From: Blasia pusilla | Lineage: Eukaryota | Assembly (NCBI GenBank): GCA_050084515.1 | Contig: CM114271.1 | Span: forward strand, 13,020,001 to 13,084,000 | DNA length: 64,000 bases | Direction of reading: 5' to 3' | Part shown: piece by piece, positions 40,092 to 53,896 of the stretch | How positions within the stretch are numbered: the first letter of the stretch is position 1 | Layout: each line of letters opens with the position of its first letter | Made by a program: the position numbers and the translations under genes | Notes under the pieces: generated by a model | The model's database searches: none | What the model was told of the DNA's origin: nothing | The model's input: the letters and a program-made list of their open reading frames with translations, nothing else

Positions 40092-42179
40092 GACTAAACG
40101 AGCTACTGCTGCCTCTAGGCGCATCTCTTCACTGATTAACAATAAGACTAACTCTTGAAAGGTTGGATACTTCTCTCTTACAGAGATAGAGATCTCAAAG
40201 GACTTGTAATCTTTTGGAAGGCCTTGAAGAGTGAACATAATCAGATCATCATCTTCTACTGTCATTCCAATATTATTCAACTGATCAACAATATGTTTGA
40301 TACTCAAAATATAATCGTTGATGCTCTACGATCCTTTCCTCACTTCGTTCAATTGCTATTTCAATTGAAGCTCTCTGGCCTTTGTAGATGTCTAGAACAA
40401 CTTTTCCAATGCATCCCAGATCTGGGATGCATTGGAAAAGCATCTATGATCCACTTGAAGCATAGACCACTCCTACACAAAAATTGACTTGAAATTTTCC
40501 AAAATTGATCAATTGTATGAAAGAACTAGTCGAAATTGGCCTGTAGAGAGCAAATTGCACAACTTTTTTTCACTAATTGCACTTTCCTACACTGAAATTG
40601 CGACTGTAGGAGCTCAGAATGTTAGAATCGAGCACTTTTGGATGCGTTGGAAAGCTCTCAACAAGCTCTATAAGACTATTAGAATGAGTCTATGGCATCA
40701 TTTTAACCGATGCAGAACCAGATGGATCAATCGACTGGGAAAGCCCTAAAAAATGCCTCCAACGTTTATCCACCGTCAAAGCTCCACCTGAAATCTACAC
40801 CCATTGAGCTATGAACAAAATTTCCTTCTCTCAAAGTGAAATTGTGCCTTCTCTTTCCTCTCTTCTCTCCTCAAACACCAAGAACTTCAAGTGATGTTCT
40901 CTTATCGCTCTAATACCATGTAGAAAATTGCTAAAGAAGCATAAGTGGTGGAAAACGGCTCTCACACTCACACACCACCATGGAGAACAAAATTTTGCAG
41001 TGAGAGAATGAGTGGAGGCTGATCCCTTTCTCAATTATATAGGGTATGTACAAGCAACCCTAACCCTAATCTTAACCATGGTCTCGAGTTAGACTAAATA
41101 CGATTAACTAACCGTAGTTAATATAATCGCGCTTAACTCACTAACCAAGATTAAGCTTCCCTACTTTGTGTGAGTACCAAATATAGCAATTCAGGTGTCT
41201 CATGAGCTTGACTGTAACTCAATCTTCAATAAAGAGGAGTAGGTGCACGACATGCAGCCCTCCCCTCACATTTCTCCTTCCTTCGAGCCTGACGCCACAC
41301 CTTGCTATGCACTCGTGACCGAGTGAGCCCCGTTGCAAGTCACTAGGCATTGCTTTTTTTTTTGTCTTGGGCTATTTTTAACTGCTCCAACTATGCTCGA
41401 TTCTCTCTAGGCTTGTGTGCTAGTGCGATCAAGCGCTTGTGGGTTTGTGACTGTGTGAGATCTTGGCTTGCTGCGCACTCGTGTAATTCTATAGCTTTCC
41501 TATCTTTCCAATTAAGTTGATATGTGTTTTATGCTCGTGCCATATTTGTAGCTACAATCACGTTTCAATCTTATAATTGCAAGCAGGTTCAGTCTTGCAT
41601 CCAAAGTTGCGCTCATAGTTGCAGCTCTATTATAGAGTAGATCATATCCGTTGAGTTGTTTTGCAAGCTTAAAGCACTTCTGACTAGTTGTGCATCCACA
41701 TTCCTAGCTACATGTGCATCGCTTTCATGCTCATAGCCGCAACTCTTTAATTCAAGATGCACCTATACAACATATGTGCTTGACATTGTGACTAGGAGTA
41801 GAGATTCTTTTGATTACATCGCGGGTGAGTAGGGACACAATCATGCTCACGGGTGCGGCTAGTCTCATTACAATCAACAGCCAAGGTCTTTTTCTCTCAG
41901 TGAGTAGGCAAGGGTTTCTCTCTCAACGGATGGGGGTTAACTATTAAGATTTTGTACTAAACGTTCACTCAATAGAATAAGCCGCTCTCCAAAACACACT
42001 CTCCAACTCACACATCATTATGATAAGTGAGGGCTCGAATGTAAACTTCCATTTCAAGCTTGCATAGTGACCATATAAGCATAGTTCCCCAACCTATAGT
42101 TGAGTGCATTCTTTTGCTCTACACCCAACTTCACAATGAAATCTTAATCTTGAGCACCACACGTCATTTATTATTAGCT

Positions 42180-42710
42180 TTTTGTGCTATTATTGATACT
42201 CGTAGGATCGTAGTTCCTTCCCTGCCCTTAGAAGATAAGGTTGCCTTATCTTCTAAGGGCAGGGAAGGAACTATTGACGGTGGTATCCCCTAATGTTGAG
42301 TATTCGGAACAAGTGTGTTCTAGGCTGTTTTGATAGATGTGGAGCCGCCTCTCTGAGTGTTAGTCCTCTTTAAATGGTGTTGAGGGGGCCCCGAAAGATC
42401 TTCCTTTGATATTCCCTGAACATCCTTAGGGACATATCCCTTACTTGACTCTTCATGGACATTAGACGAAGGGATTGAGTCCCTTTATGCATCTCCATAG
42501 TCTGGACCTTCTGAGGGGCTCAACCGCATGCCCCTTGAGGGACTAATATCTGCGAGTGGATTTTTATAGTCACTCACTCGGATAGATTCATCAAGAGAGT
42601 TGGGAGACCAGTTGTTGCCTTCTAAAGGTGAAGCATTTGCATGCTTTATCCCATAATGCTTTTTGGATGGGGCTACAAACGCTGCCATACTCTTTCCCTT
42701 CCCTTGTGAA
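42180..42710 (-). pseudogene. Diverged, 5'-truncated copy of the Helitron-borne SKKHYG ORF (H1)
   Basis: SQGKGKSMAAFVAPSKKHYGIK...NWSP...DYGDA*RDSIP...SKGYVPKDV aligns with the copies at 57369-57992 and 59910-60479. Confidence 0.75.
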
Positions 42711-45700
42711 AGTTGAATTTGGCCTCCAAATCAAAGATTCATTGGAAATTCTTTATTCAACCCTCCAAATTTGATAGATAAGATATAACCTTGCTATTCT
42801 CAAAGCATTCTCTCCATGAAAGGTTTGGGGACTAGTGTACAAGGCAATCAAAGCTTTCTCTAGGTCCATGAAAACTCATATTATGACCCGCGTTGAGGTC
42901 GTTCAAAATACCTCTCACATCCTTATATATCTCCTCTTCCAATTGGACTAGACCTTCACAACTATCTAAATGATCCAAGCCATCTTGACCTTGGCGATGT
43001 CTATTTTTTCCATCCAAAGAAGAAAGTAAAAGGCCTCTTAACATTTCACCGTTGTGATGTTCATCAAATATCATGCAATATGGTTCAACTCCTCCTTCCT
43101 CTCCTTTATCCGGTTAAGAAGATGACGATTGATGATGATGTCAGGGCTAAGGGCCCATACTTTCAAAGTTGGCTAAAGTATTAAGACTTGGTTGTTTTGA
43201 CTACAACCATGGGGTCTTCAAGAAAGGTTAAGAGACTGAAAGTATCAGACTTGTGGTCTCTTAACCTTAAACCCTAAACACAAGTCTAAGACTTACAGTC
43301 TCTTATCTTAAAATTTTCTTGAAGACCCATTCTCCACATCACTATAATAGACTTCTATCTGCTTTATCAACTTCACAACTTTGAGCTTCACAAATACCTT
43401 GCTCACTAATGTCCTCTTCTTTGCTCCAAGGTCCTCATAACTTGCAAACGCATTGAAAAAGACCTAATCCCTCTTCAAATTTTCTTCTTTGACTTTTTCT
43501 CTAAATTTGGCTATTCGATTCGCAATTTCCACCATTACGGAGTGGAGGGTCTTCCACGACCACCGTTGACATGATGATAGGTCATATATGCATGGATCAT
43601 ATATCCATAATCATTTACAATGACTGAAAATCACACATTCAAAATTTTCAATCATGCCTTCTATTCCTCATGAAAAACATACAATCCTCAAACAGATTTA
43701 TAGCGACACTATCTTGGTAAAAGAAATCCCATCATGATAATCTCAATGAGTATATGTGCATGGTCTTACACGTGAATCTATATTTTCTACACCTAATTTT
43801 TTTGGAATTTAATTTGGGATATGCAACAAGATCTTCTAGGATTTTTTTATCAAAGGGATTTTAGGCTAATGCCCAAATTCAAATCCAATCCAAATGAGCC
43901 ATCTAATTTTTTTGTAGCCATCCTCGACAACAAGGTTGTGCATCACATGGTTCAAATTCTTCATATTGATAATTCCTATGGCTTATTGAGCCTTACTCTC
44001 AACTCTTGTGATGTATGCCCCAACATGCTTTTTTCTATTCATGGGGCCATCATTTTTAAGACGAGACTAAGCACTTGTCATCCCACAAGGCGTTTCCCAA
44101 ACCTTCAAACTTAATACAAGGCCCAGACTTAGATCCAAAATGAATGAAAATTTTCTTAGGGGGAATCACAAACGCTTGTGGATGATCTTCATGGTAACAA
44201 GAAGACAACTACAAGTTAAATGTCATTCAAGCCAAAGTGAGACATTGAACTTTTGCAACTCTCTCAAACTTGCCCCTCGGTTCTTGAAGGTATGGCATGC
44301 TTGCTTCCAATTCTCTTGGTGCCTACCATTTGAGTATGGATAGATGGAATGCTCTATCAACCTTCCTACCATTGGAAGTTGGAACTATTCCTCGATGTAA
44401 GATGGAAGAAAACACTTCCTCTCACATTATTGGTTGTCTCAAATATAATAGAGATACTTTCTTAAACATCTTCATGCAATATTAAACATCTTCGCTAAAG
44501 CCATGGTTAACTTTAAAAATACATAGAATTGCGTAAACCTTAGCCCAAAGTATCATGGCAATTATCTCCTATGAATACATCTTTGTTAGGAATCCACACG
44601 ATTCCATAAGGAACTACCAATTTCTTCCCCACTACAATCCTATGTCTCTTGAAAAGACCCATTACAATTTATTTAACATTGTAAAAGTATAGGGTTAAAA
44701 ATGCTCAATATAACTACATAAATTCAAGGACACGAGAGAACTCCACGTTCATAACCTCTTACCTAAAAAGAATAAGTTAGAGTTTGATTAAGAGATAACA
44801 AGGAGTGTAAATATCCATTTCGGTCTTACAAATTTCTAACTATCCCCAAAGGCACGCAAAGAATTTCCTCAAAAAATTCCTAGTAACCTTGAAAGCTCTC
44901 AAGGCTCGAAAAGAAATTTGAGGCCCAACCCAAAAACTCATCTTGCACTCAACAAAAAGTGAAGGAAAATCATATGGTAAGTGGGTTTAATTAAAGAACT
45001 ATTAAAAGTTAAGTTCATTTTGGGGCCAATTTTTTTGTTTAGGGAAAGTTTGGAGTGGGGGAGAGTAGGCCAAGGATGGAAAGCTCCACCGATTTGGTCT
45101 CTCTTCGTCGCGACATGGGAGTTCGCGAGATGCATCCACATGTAGATTTAGGCACCACAAAACCAAAGCCATCATGGGGTTTGCAAGACATGGGGGGAAA
45201 CGCAAGAGATGATGAAAGCCAGACATAGGGTGGAATAATGAAGATGGTGCAAGCCAACTAGGCTTGCATCATCTCCATTATCATGAGGAAGGGTCCAGGA
45301 TTGTGAGCGGGAAGGGCCACGGTACTAATCTTCCACTCGAGGGGAGGTAGGAAAACTTTTTTGCACTCATTCTGATTTTTTGAACAAACATAGGTTCATG
45401 GACACGAACTTCATTTGTGTACAACCTTTTTTCCTACCATACTTGAATGTAATTAATTTAGGATTTTAAAATATTATGTGGCATTTGCACAAGAGAGGAT
45501 AAGAACGTAAAATATTAAAGTGTATTCTCTTACAAGCCTTCATTTCTTCTCGAGCAAAGAACAATCTTTTCTCAATCTTTCGAATGTTGGTAGCAAGACA
45601 ATGTTTACCTAGACATTAGGAGCTTGTTTGAGTCTCTTTTGGAGCAAAGGAAGTACTAGTGTTCCAACACTTGGATGGGCATTCCAAACCTTAATGACAC

Positions 45701-46786
45701 TAGAAGTGAAAAATCTTAGGGAATATATACTTCTAGGTAGTATACCTGTGACCACTATGACAATTTACAAAACTATTTAGATCAAGCATATCATCTAGCC
45801 TTGAGTGCTTGTCTCAACCATAGATGTAGATGTGGTGTCTCAAGATATGTGTTTTGACCAATCCATACTTCTTGTGTTTAACCATGTTCATGTAGATCAG
45901 ACTTAAGTGCAAGTGTTCTTGTGTTCAACCATGTTCATTAGACTTGAGTGCAACTGTTAACTTATGCATAATTCAAGATCTAACGGCACAAACCGGTGCA
46001 GATATGCTCGATACCTCCATCCCATACTTTGGAACCAAGTTGAATTACATACGCAACTTCCTGGTCTTATATCTGCGGAAATACTGCATATTAGACCTCT
46101 AATAACTATATATTGGCTTGTTTTAGTTGTACTTACCAAATCATGGGTTTTTCCACCATTACGGAAGAAGTTGGATTTTATATATTCTCACTATGCTAAT
46201 AATACACTCAATATATAAAAATTACTATTAGAGAAAAGATGGGTAATTTAAATTACCCATCATTAAATTGTCCAAGATCTTAACCGAAGTGACCCCAACC
46301 TACCCTTCCAAGTGACCCCAACTACACAAGTTCCCTCTAACCTACTCAGATGGCACTCCATGGATTTCGACTGAAATGGCTCTCTCCAATTATAGTATAG
46401 ATACCTTCTCGGACGTTGCCTAGAGTATAGGTATAGCGCAGTCCTATGTCGTCATAGAATAGGCAGCAAGAGCATATAGTTTGGTGCAACTCACATGATC
46501 TGCAGATTCCTGCTTACCATCTCACCTGTTAGAACTTGGTGGCCGAGGTGGCTCCAGAAATTCGGCGATTGTAGATGGCGGCACGCAAATTTATAGCTTC
46601 TTTTTACCGGACCACACTACAACAAGCTCTGCAGGACAGCGGTATGCAAAGGACTGCGCTGCCTGGAGAACTAGTTTGAGCTCATTCACCAGTGGATCGG
46701 ACGACTCTACGATTGGGCAAGATAGGGCCGGGAGCAGGCACGCAGAGATTCAAGCTTAGAGGTCCCAGAAATGAATCCAACTACGA

Positions 46787-49700
46787 CTAGCCTAGGTTAC
46801 GCTGGAATATTTCCAACATTGCGCTGCAAGTTTGTGGAGGAGTTAAAGGTCCGCACATGAGGTACACCACATTCCCCAATGGTCTAGTGTAGATCCCGTC
46901 AGCTCGCAAGCTTCGGATCAGTTCTCTGGTCAACGTCGATCCATACCTGTTTAGACACATGCCACTCCTCTTTAGCACCTCACCTTGAATACATGTTAGG
47001 TCCTGGGATACAGAATAACATCTACACAATCATCCCCTCTTCCATACTAGCAACAGATTATTCAAAATGTCCCCATTCAGTACCACTAATAAGGCATCAA
47101 ATGTTTCGCAGATGATTCAAAATTACAATCAGTCCACCCCAGTGAAGTATACATACCCTAATTTTGTACCGTTGTCCAGCAGTTCACAAGCGAAGAGGGT
47201 TCCAAGAGAAACTACCCTTTCGACAGATGGATGACATGATATGTGCGCGACAGTCTTGCTGTCCCATAACTACAAAACCGTACAAAGTGATAGCGTACTT
47301 TGAACATATCCGATGGTACCGAACAGAAGTGATCATTTGCAAGACATTGTCACATATGCAGTTCCTTTCTGAATCTTCGCAAAGCATCATCTTTCCTTAC
47401 ATTTGTTAAACGATGAAGTTGCTCGCTTCGACACATACAAGCTTTGGTCAATAGCCATGTAGCAATATCAAACCCTCTTGAATCGTAAATCTCTCTACCT
47501 ATACATGTACCTTTTCAGAGTGCAACCTCACCTCTTGAAGCCGACCGTTTTGTTGGAGATTCAAATTCTTAGAGCGATCATTGAAGTACTCCATCGATGT
47601 TACTGCTGTTGCACAACCAATGGCATGTGCGGAGTAGGAGTGACCATGTAGTAAAGCGTCCAGCTATCCCCCCGATTCAGACGAGAACAGGCCATATCAG
47701 ATGAGCATTCCACCAGAAAAAAGTTTTCCGAGTAAGTAATTCTGTCTAGGAAGGTAACTAAGGTAGTGCATTCGCAGTGCCTGCCTAAGATGCACGTGGT
47801 GATGGTTCTCGAATCCAATTCAATCTGTTCAAACTATCTAACAAGGGAGTTTCTTGATCATCTTGCATACATGAGTGTGAAAGCAGACAAACCTTGGAAT
47901 TTCCACTGAAGGCTTCAAAAACACTTTCTGTTGCTAGAGTGGCTGCTAAGGGAATGGTGCCTCCAGTTAAAAGTTTGGCGTAGCAGGCAATGTCAGGGTA
48001 ACAGTTCAAGAGCTCTGATGCAGACTGCAGATAAAAAGATCCAAGAATGTTAGTTAACTAACATTGGCCCACAATAGTGAAAGTTCATCCAGCTGATAAC
48101 GAAAGCCAACAAGATGCTCCACCAGGATACATAAACTGATGGTTAAATGCTCTCCCCTTCAGAAAATCTTTTCATGGATTGCGAGAAAACTGCTACAGCA
48201 AGTCCAGAAAACACCACACCTTAACGCCCAGGCGCCAACATCCTACAAACACCTCATCAAATATCACAGGTATATTTCTGCGCTGACATTCATGTACGAG
48301 GCAACGCTGAAACAGAGGATCTACCATCTCCATTCCACCTGCACCATGAATGACTATGATCCAAATCTAAAATTAGTACAAGGCGTAGACTGTTGAAGAA
48401 TAAGGCAAAAGTCACATCTAAGATGAAATGCCAATTGAGATTAAACTCTTGTCCTGCTTAATAACAGCCTCCAAGTCAATGTACCTAGCAAGGATACAGT
48501 AGCAAAACCATGTGACTTGTCTACAGGAAGAGTTCATCACCTCAACCTGTGGGGAATGACATCAAAAGCGAAACAGACAGTGAGGAGTATGATAAACCTA
48601 ATACCGGGTTCAATTATCAGAGCAGCAAGAAGATCTGTTTCCTTTTTGGTCTCATGCAGGAAAAACTGCCTTTGGATATATGTCTCATATACACCACAGA
48701 TGTTCGTACGATCTCTTGCCAAATCAAAGATATCTTCTCTTGACTTGAAATTTACATCTGCAAAATGATGAAACCATATTGGGATCCAAGAAACAAATTA
48801 GTACTTGCAGATGTAATGTGTTTGGTTTGGTTTGTCTGACTGGCTGATTGATTCCCAGTACTGGACAGTCGTATTCAAACTACAGACTACATGGGACTTG
48901 AGCTACCATTATTGTATTGTAAACATCGTATTTGCCAGGCTCCTTGACTTCAATTAGTTCATGATGTGGCCATTGAGGCTTTGTTGCAACAGTCTGCCAC
49001 TGCTCAAGCTTCAAGTCTGAATAGTATCATTCTAATAGTACGGAGCTAACTGTTAAGAAATTCACAAAATTACCTGTTGTCAGTAGGTTAATCGTAGTAA
49101 AGATGAGGCTTATGACTAGGAGGAACAAGAAAATGGACCTGTGTAATTTTCAATTCTCTGAAGGGATTCTGGACACCGCAACAACCACTGACTATTATGT
49201 TGATAGACTATAGGAGGGTCCACGAACAATCCCCGCCCAGAATACCTGGAATACCAGCCACCACAAACTCTTACTAGTGATATTTTAGAAGGGTCGCAAG
49301 AGGTGAGAACAATTTTAATTGAGTCCACAAAATATATTTGAGCGATTTTAGTCAAGGTAGTTTGTAGCTGTTACAATTCAATTCAAATGGGTGGCCATAT
49401 GCAAATTTCAAAGTCTCTACAATGGTCTAGTGAAGAAATACCCTATTAATAAATAATTAAGAATGTTAAGAAACATAGTCTAATGGTACAAACCATGGCT
49501 GCTGGCGAAATCCTGTGTATGGAGAAGGAGCCTGTGCATCCATGGCTCCCAATGTGTCACCATGATATGAACCAGACAAGGCCAAAACCTGCAATATTTC
49601 TATTAACAAATCAAATGAGTACATATCCTTTTCAGTGCTCCTCTTACATCCAAGTCTCAAATCATCTTTGAAAGCACGGAAGGCCAAAACCTGCAAAGTT

Positions 49701-52700
49701 TCTATTGACTCATCAAATCCATACATCCTTTTCAGTTCTCCTCTTACGTCTAAGTCTTGACTCGTCTTTTGAAGCACTTAGAAATAGTCAAAGTTCTGAG
49801 ACTGAGTAGGTTTAGGAATCATGTCTCACAGTTCCAACTCTACTTCTTGTCACAGTTATACAAGTTTCAAAGAAAACGACCAGTCACCTTCAGCTGAGGT
49901 TGGTTTTCTTGAGGGGCAAAAGATACATCAGCTTCCAAAAGTGAACCCTTGTCCGTAACAAATTTCCGGAAGGCCATTTTCAAGGCGATCTCAATAGCGG
50001 TTGACCCATTATCTGAAAAATACACCCTCTTTGCCCACCCTGAAATAAAAATGTTCTGATGAGTTTGGCTTCCATAGGAGAGAACATATGATCATAGTTG
50101 GAGACTTCTTGAAAATTGGCAAGAATTCGAAACCACAAATGAACTGGAAATATGAATCACATTCAAGACATTGGACTATTCAAGACAACATGAGAAAGTT
50201 AACCTTTGCCCATTCCGTCAAGGAGTAATTCTGCACAACGCAAAGCAGGTTCATAGACATTTTCTGGGAACATGACATGGCCATATCGCCCAGCTGCATA
50301 AGCCGCTTCTCTAGCAAGTTCTGGCTGCCATCAGTGCACCAAAAAGATCAGATCAGCTAGAAAGAGACAATCTTAGGACGTCTTTGAAGCATAGCTTATA
50401 ACATGAAAAGGGAAAAAAAAAATCACTTGATATTTCTAAGCATAATTCCAAGATCCTGATCAAGCCAACATTTTGGCCATGGTAAAGATAAAAAAAAGGC
50501 GCACTTGTAGACGTGCATCAGGTCCCTGAGTCCACCAGCTGGCACACCCATCAAACTGCTTCACTAGCACATCTTCAGTGATATTCTACAGACAAACAAA
50601 CAAAAGACAAAATGTTAAAGTATCCTGTGAATGACCATATGGCTCTGCAAGGAAAAGAAATCTAATTTGGGTTCTTCATAAGCTTGGAACAGCCATGCTT
50701 CATTCTGAGATGTGTCAAACTAACTTTACCACCACCGCCTTACTGGATGACAATTTTAGCAGGGAAATAATTATCCTTAGTGCAGATGGAAGTCACCTTG
50801 TGAACCGAAAATGTCTCTCCACATCTAGAGTCAATAACTGTTACATCCCCTTGACGAACCATAGTATGCTGGGTAAATGGCCACCAAAGGACCTCTCCAG
50901 CTCTCTTTGGCATCTCATGCAATCTCTCTACTCTTCTCAGATGAGCTTCCTCCAGACTGCCTTGTAGCTGTGAAAAAACAACCTCGGATTGGACAAACCA
51001 TTCTGCCAGATCCTCAGTGGGGTTTTCTGGTACTGGGGGAAGAACAAGTACAGGTATCCTGTACATGATACACATATCCTCTTGGTCAGTGGAAATCAAT
51101 TACAGACACGAATGTCTGTCTTTATAATTAAAGTCATGGATTCTGCTGCACAATTAACCTTGCCTCTAGTAATGTTCTTCTAAAGTGAACGTTGATGGCT
51201 GAATCCCATGATCAAATGGATTATATCTACTGCACAATAAACTTGGCAGATTGAGTGATGTGTGGGTCTACCCTAAACCATTAAGTTTCACTCTTTCCCA
51301 AGTGAATCTTAATGGTTGAATTGGATGACTGAATACATTATACATTTCTCTTATTCTATCGCAAGGTACAAGACTGTATTGTCCAGTGAAAGGATGATTC
51401 AACTGTTTTCATTATGTCTGAACAAGTGGATTTGTACCTAAGACATGAAGGGCCTTCCTGTCCCCAGATTCATTTGACAAGGATTTTGGTTATTCTATTG
51501 TTACACCAAAAGCCCTCTTTTTTTTTCTGACTCTTGAAGGTAATTATAGGTTTACAGTAATGAGCCAACCAATCCATGAGCAACTTGGGCCCTGCATTTA
51601 GTCTTTCCAGTCAGAAAATCTACTGTGATGCAGGAAACATAATCGTATGGTTTAATTTGGGGGTAACTTTGAGCAGGAGAGGTGTACGACAATGCTTTTA
51701 CAAGGTATGCTAGGTACTATTTCAGCATAGTTTTACTAACTAAAGAGCAACAAGCGAACAACATAGAGGCAGGGTGAAATGACACAAATGTTGATGCATC
51801 TTTGGTTCAATTTGTCTTTCTTTTCTGATCATTTCAATGTTTAAATTACTCGGCATTTTGAATCTCATCTGCAACCTCACCGAGAAGAGACAACTAATAC
51901 CTGCCCTGTAGGTATTTGAGCAGAGGCTGTTCATTGCTCAAACCAGTGTCAATCAAAATAACAGCTGTGATGTCATAGCCACGTACGTGCAGGCTCTCAT
52001 ATGCTGCGATTGTGCCCGAGACACCTCCTAGTCTCCCATCACCCACAAGAACACCGGGAAACCTCAAGGGTCTGCAAGAAAATGCGGCAAATTTTCTTAT
52101 TTTGAAGTTGGTTTGCTATTTCTAGAAATAAAGAATATTCTCAAGACTCCAATTCGATGCTTCACCAAACGAAGAAGAGCGATAATGGTCATGGAAAACA
52201 GCAATCAGCACATCCCAACTAGGTCTCAGTCACCCAAAAGGTCAACAAGATTCCCTCCAAGTTTTACATCCCTTTGATGATCTTATCATAAACACTCCCA
52301 CACTTGACTTGGAGGTCTTCTGCAATAAAAGAATGCACTGCTATTACTACACTCAAACTTTTAACCACGTTCCTCTGAACAAGATTTACTGAACTCAATG
52401 ATGATGTTGAGTGTTTTACTCTACAGCTTGAAAAATACAGGTAAGAAATCACCTGTACAGGTCACATTGTAATGTGCCAGAAGGTCCTGGACTAGCAACC
52501 CCACCAGCAGTCTCAATGACAACCCACTTTTCTGGTCTTCCTTTTTCACTGCTTGAGTGGAGTCCACCTTCATCCAATTTGTCTTTGAGGAAACTTTGGA
52601 GTGATGTGAGTAAAGACTCAAGTACAGAGGAGTCATCTACTATTGTTTTTTCAGTTTGAGCCGCAGAATGTGCGGAAACTGCATCAAACCACGCCCACAA

Positions 52701-53896
52701 TGTTTTACAAGCTAAGTGGGAGGGCAGTTGAACGTTGTAGGATGAGACATTCCTCTCGCTTGCTACATGAGTGTCAGCCATTGGATCAACCAAATGATAG
52801 GGACAAGAGTGAATGATTTCATCAAGTACGAGTTCTTCATAAGCGCCCAAGTCTTTCATTCCTGTCTCCTCCTGACGAACCAAAAGATTACGATCAGACT
52901 CCGGATGATGTTCTAGATAGCCCTCAAGCTCCATAACGAAAGTAAACCCTCAACCCTGGTAATGAAACGGAGCACCAATTACAACCATTGATAATCTCTG
53001 TGTTATCAATGGTTGCTCTTGCCAATAGTCATAGTGGTTTGACAGCCGCTAAGTCATGGTGGTTTGAAAGTTGGCAACTGCCAAACCACGATGACCACTG
53101 ACAAGAACACCGTTCTCAAGTGGCAGTTGGTGACAAAGCTTCTCCAAAACATTATGAACTCACCAATTCCAACTACTACAAAGAATGTGGATAGATTGCA
53201 ATGTTTCTTGCCACATTAAATTTTTTGGCAAATGAAATACAAAATAATCAGTAGCTATCAGTACTTGAAAGGAGGGAGAAAACTGTTGAAAATCGAGAGA
53301 ACATCCAAGTGAAAGAGCACCTTAAGATTAACGACTTGGTGTACAGCTGGCGAAGCCTTCAACGTATGATTTGAAATGTAAATCTTGTTGTTGGTACCAT
53401 GTTGCCTGCCCTTCAGCATTTTTGAAACTTGACGGGTCACAAAGGAGGCGTCGGAATCTCGGGGAAACCCAGTTTGAACAGGCTTGAGATATAAAACATC
53501 TTTGGCTCTACCTTCACCAACACTCCTGCTATCGTAGTTCATTGGTAGCATCTTGGAGTCTAAATTTGATAGAATGGAGCCCGATAATCCAGCTGAGACG
53601 AGGGTTTTGCCAACGCCTGTGTTTGATCCCCATATCATATAGGTGGGATGGGTGAGCTCTATCTGAGTAGAGGAATTTTGACTCGGAGCCTTTGCGTCCT
53701 CAGTAAAGTTCTCTAGTACTGCATTGCTCCCAGCTTTCAGACTAAATGATCTGCACCTTACATCCTCTACTCTAAAGGCATTAATCAGCCTTATATCAAC
53801 ATAGGGGCGCCGGGCAAGAGCTACAACGCGAGACATGGCTAAATGTGTCAAGAGACTGAAACTTTGTCTCCCACCGCCTTGCGCGAAGTGAGACAT
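46787..53896 (-). CDS. BIO3-BIO1: Bifunctional dethiobiotin synthetase / 7,8-diaminopelargonic acid aminotransferase; exons 53896-53321, 52871-52453, 52071-51901, 51058-50797, 50585-50505, 50324-50204, 50039-49888, 49588-49494, 49245-49139, 48757-48605, 48353-48220, 48024-47893, 47663-47532, 47269-47157, 46946-46787
   Basis: BioD motifs WGSNTGVGKT (P-loop), YLKPVQTGFP, IETAGGVASP and LVGDGRLGG; BioA motifs WWPFTQH, FDGCASWWTQG, DNGSTAIEIALKMA, SYHGDTLGAMD, IFDEVF, YAKLLTGG (PLP lysine), LLHGHSYSAH and RPLGNVVYLM; all introns GT-AG with consistent phase. Second in-frame ATG at 53836. Confidence 0.96.

Larger units (their letters stand above)
34897..41231 (-). mobile_element. Full-length decayed Ty1/Copia LTR retrotransposon
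   Basis: 313-bp LTRs at 34897-35209 and 40919-41231 (~22 differences by eye); TSD aagag; PBS tggtattagagc; PPT ttgagggggag; gag, protease (IDSGASNHMT), integrase (ELIHSDVW, FIDDFSR, TPQKNGVAE), RT (VAKGYAQQYGIDYEETFSPV, HMDVKNAFLNG) and RNase H (HARTKHVEVHYHF). Confidence 0.96.
33908..41252 (+). mobile_element. Gypsy-family LTR split by the Copia insertion (33908-34896 and 41232-41252)
   Basis: Starts tattgcgaccctcat (cf. tgtcgcgacccccat); joining across the Copia restores gttcaagag|gagtaggtgcacgaca, the family's LTR end; no clear TSD. Confidence 0.8.
29389..42710 (-). mobile_element. Helitron H1 (decayed, interrupted by nested LTR elements at 33908-41252)
   Basis: 3' end CTAG|T at 29389 with hairpin cgcgggc-caaaaaa-gcccgcg at 29401-29421; RepHel remnants at 29846-32949; sequence on both sides of the nested LTRs is collinear with the upstream region of H3, including the SKKHYG ORF; 5' terminus lost. 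Confidence 0.75.

Noticed and set aside
43400-44700. Possible LINE remnant (similar weak hints at ~2950-3900 and ~8300-9400)
   Set aside because: Only faint motif resemblance; too decayed to call without a profile search.
52449-52934. 161-aa ORF as a standalone gene
   Set aside because: It is BIO3-BIO1 exon 2; the ATG lies in intron 1, upstream of the acceptor at 52871.
52982-53015. 13-bp hairpin in BIO3-BIO1 intron 1 (also a 24-bp palindrome at 46238-46261)
   Set aside because: Too short to support a miRNA or element call.
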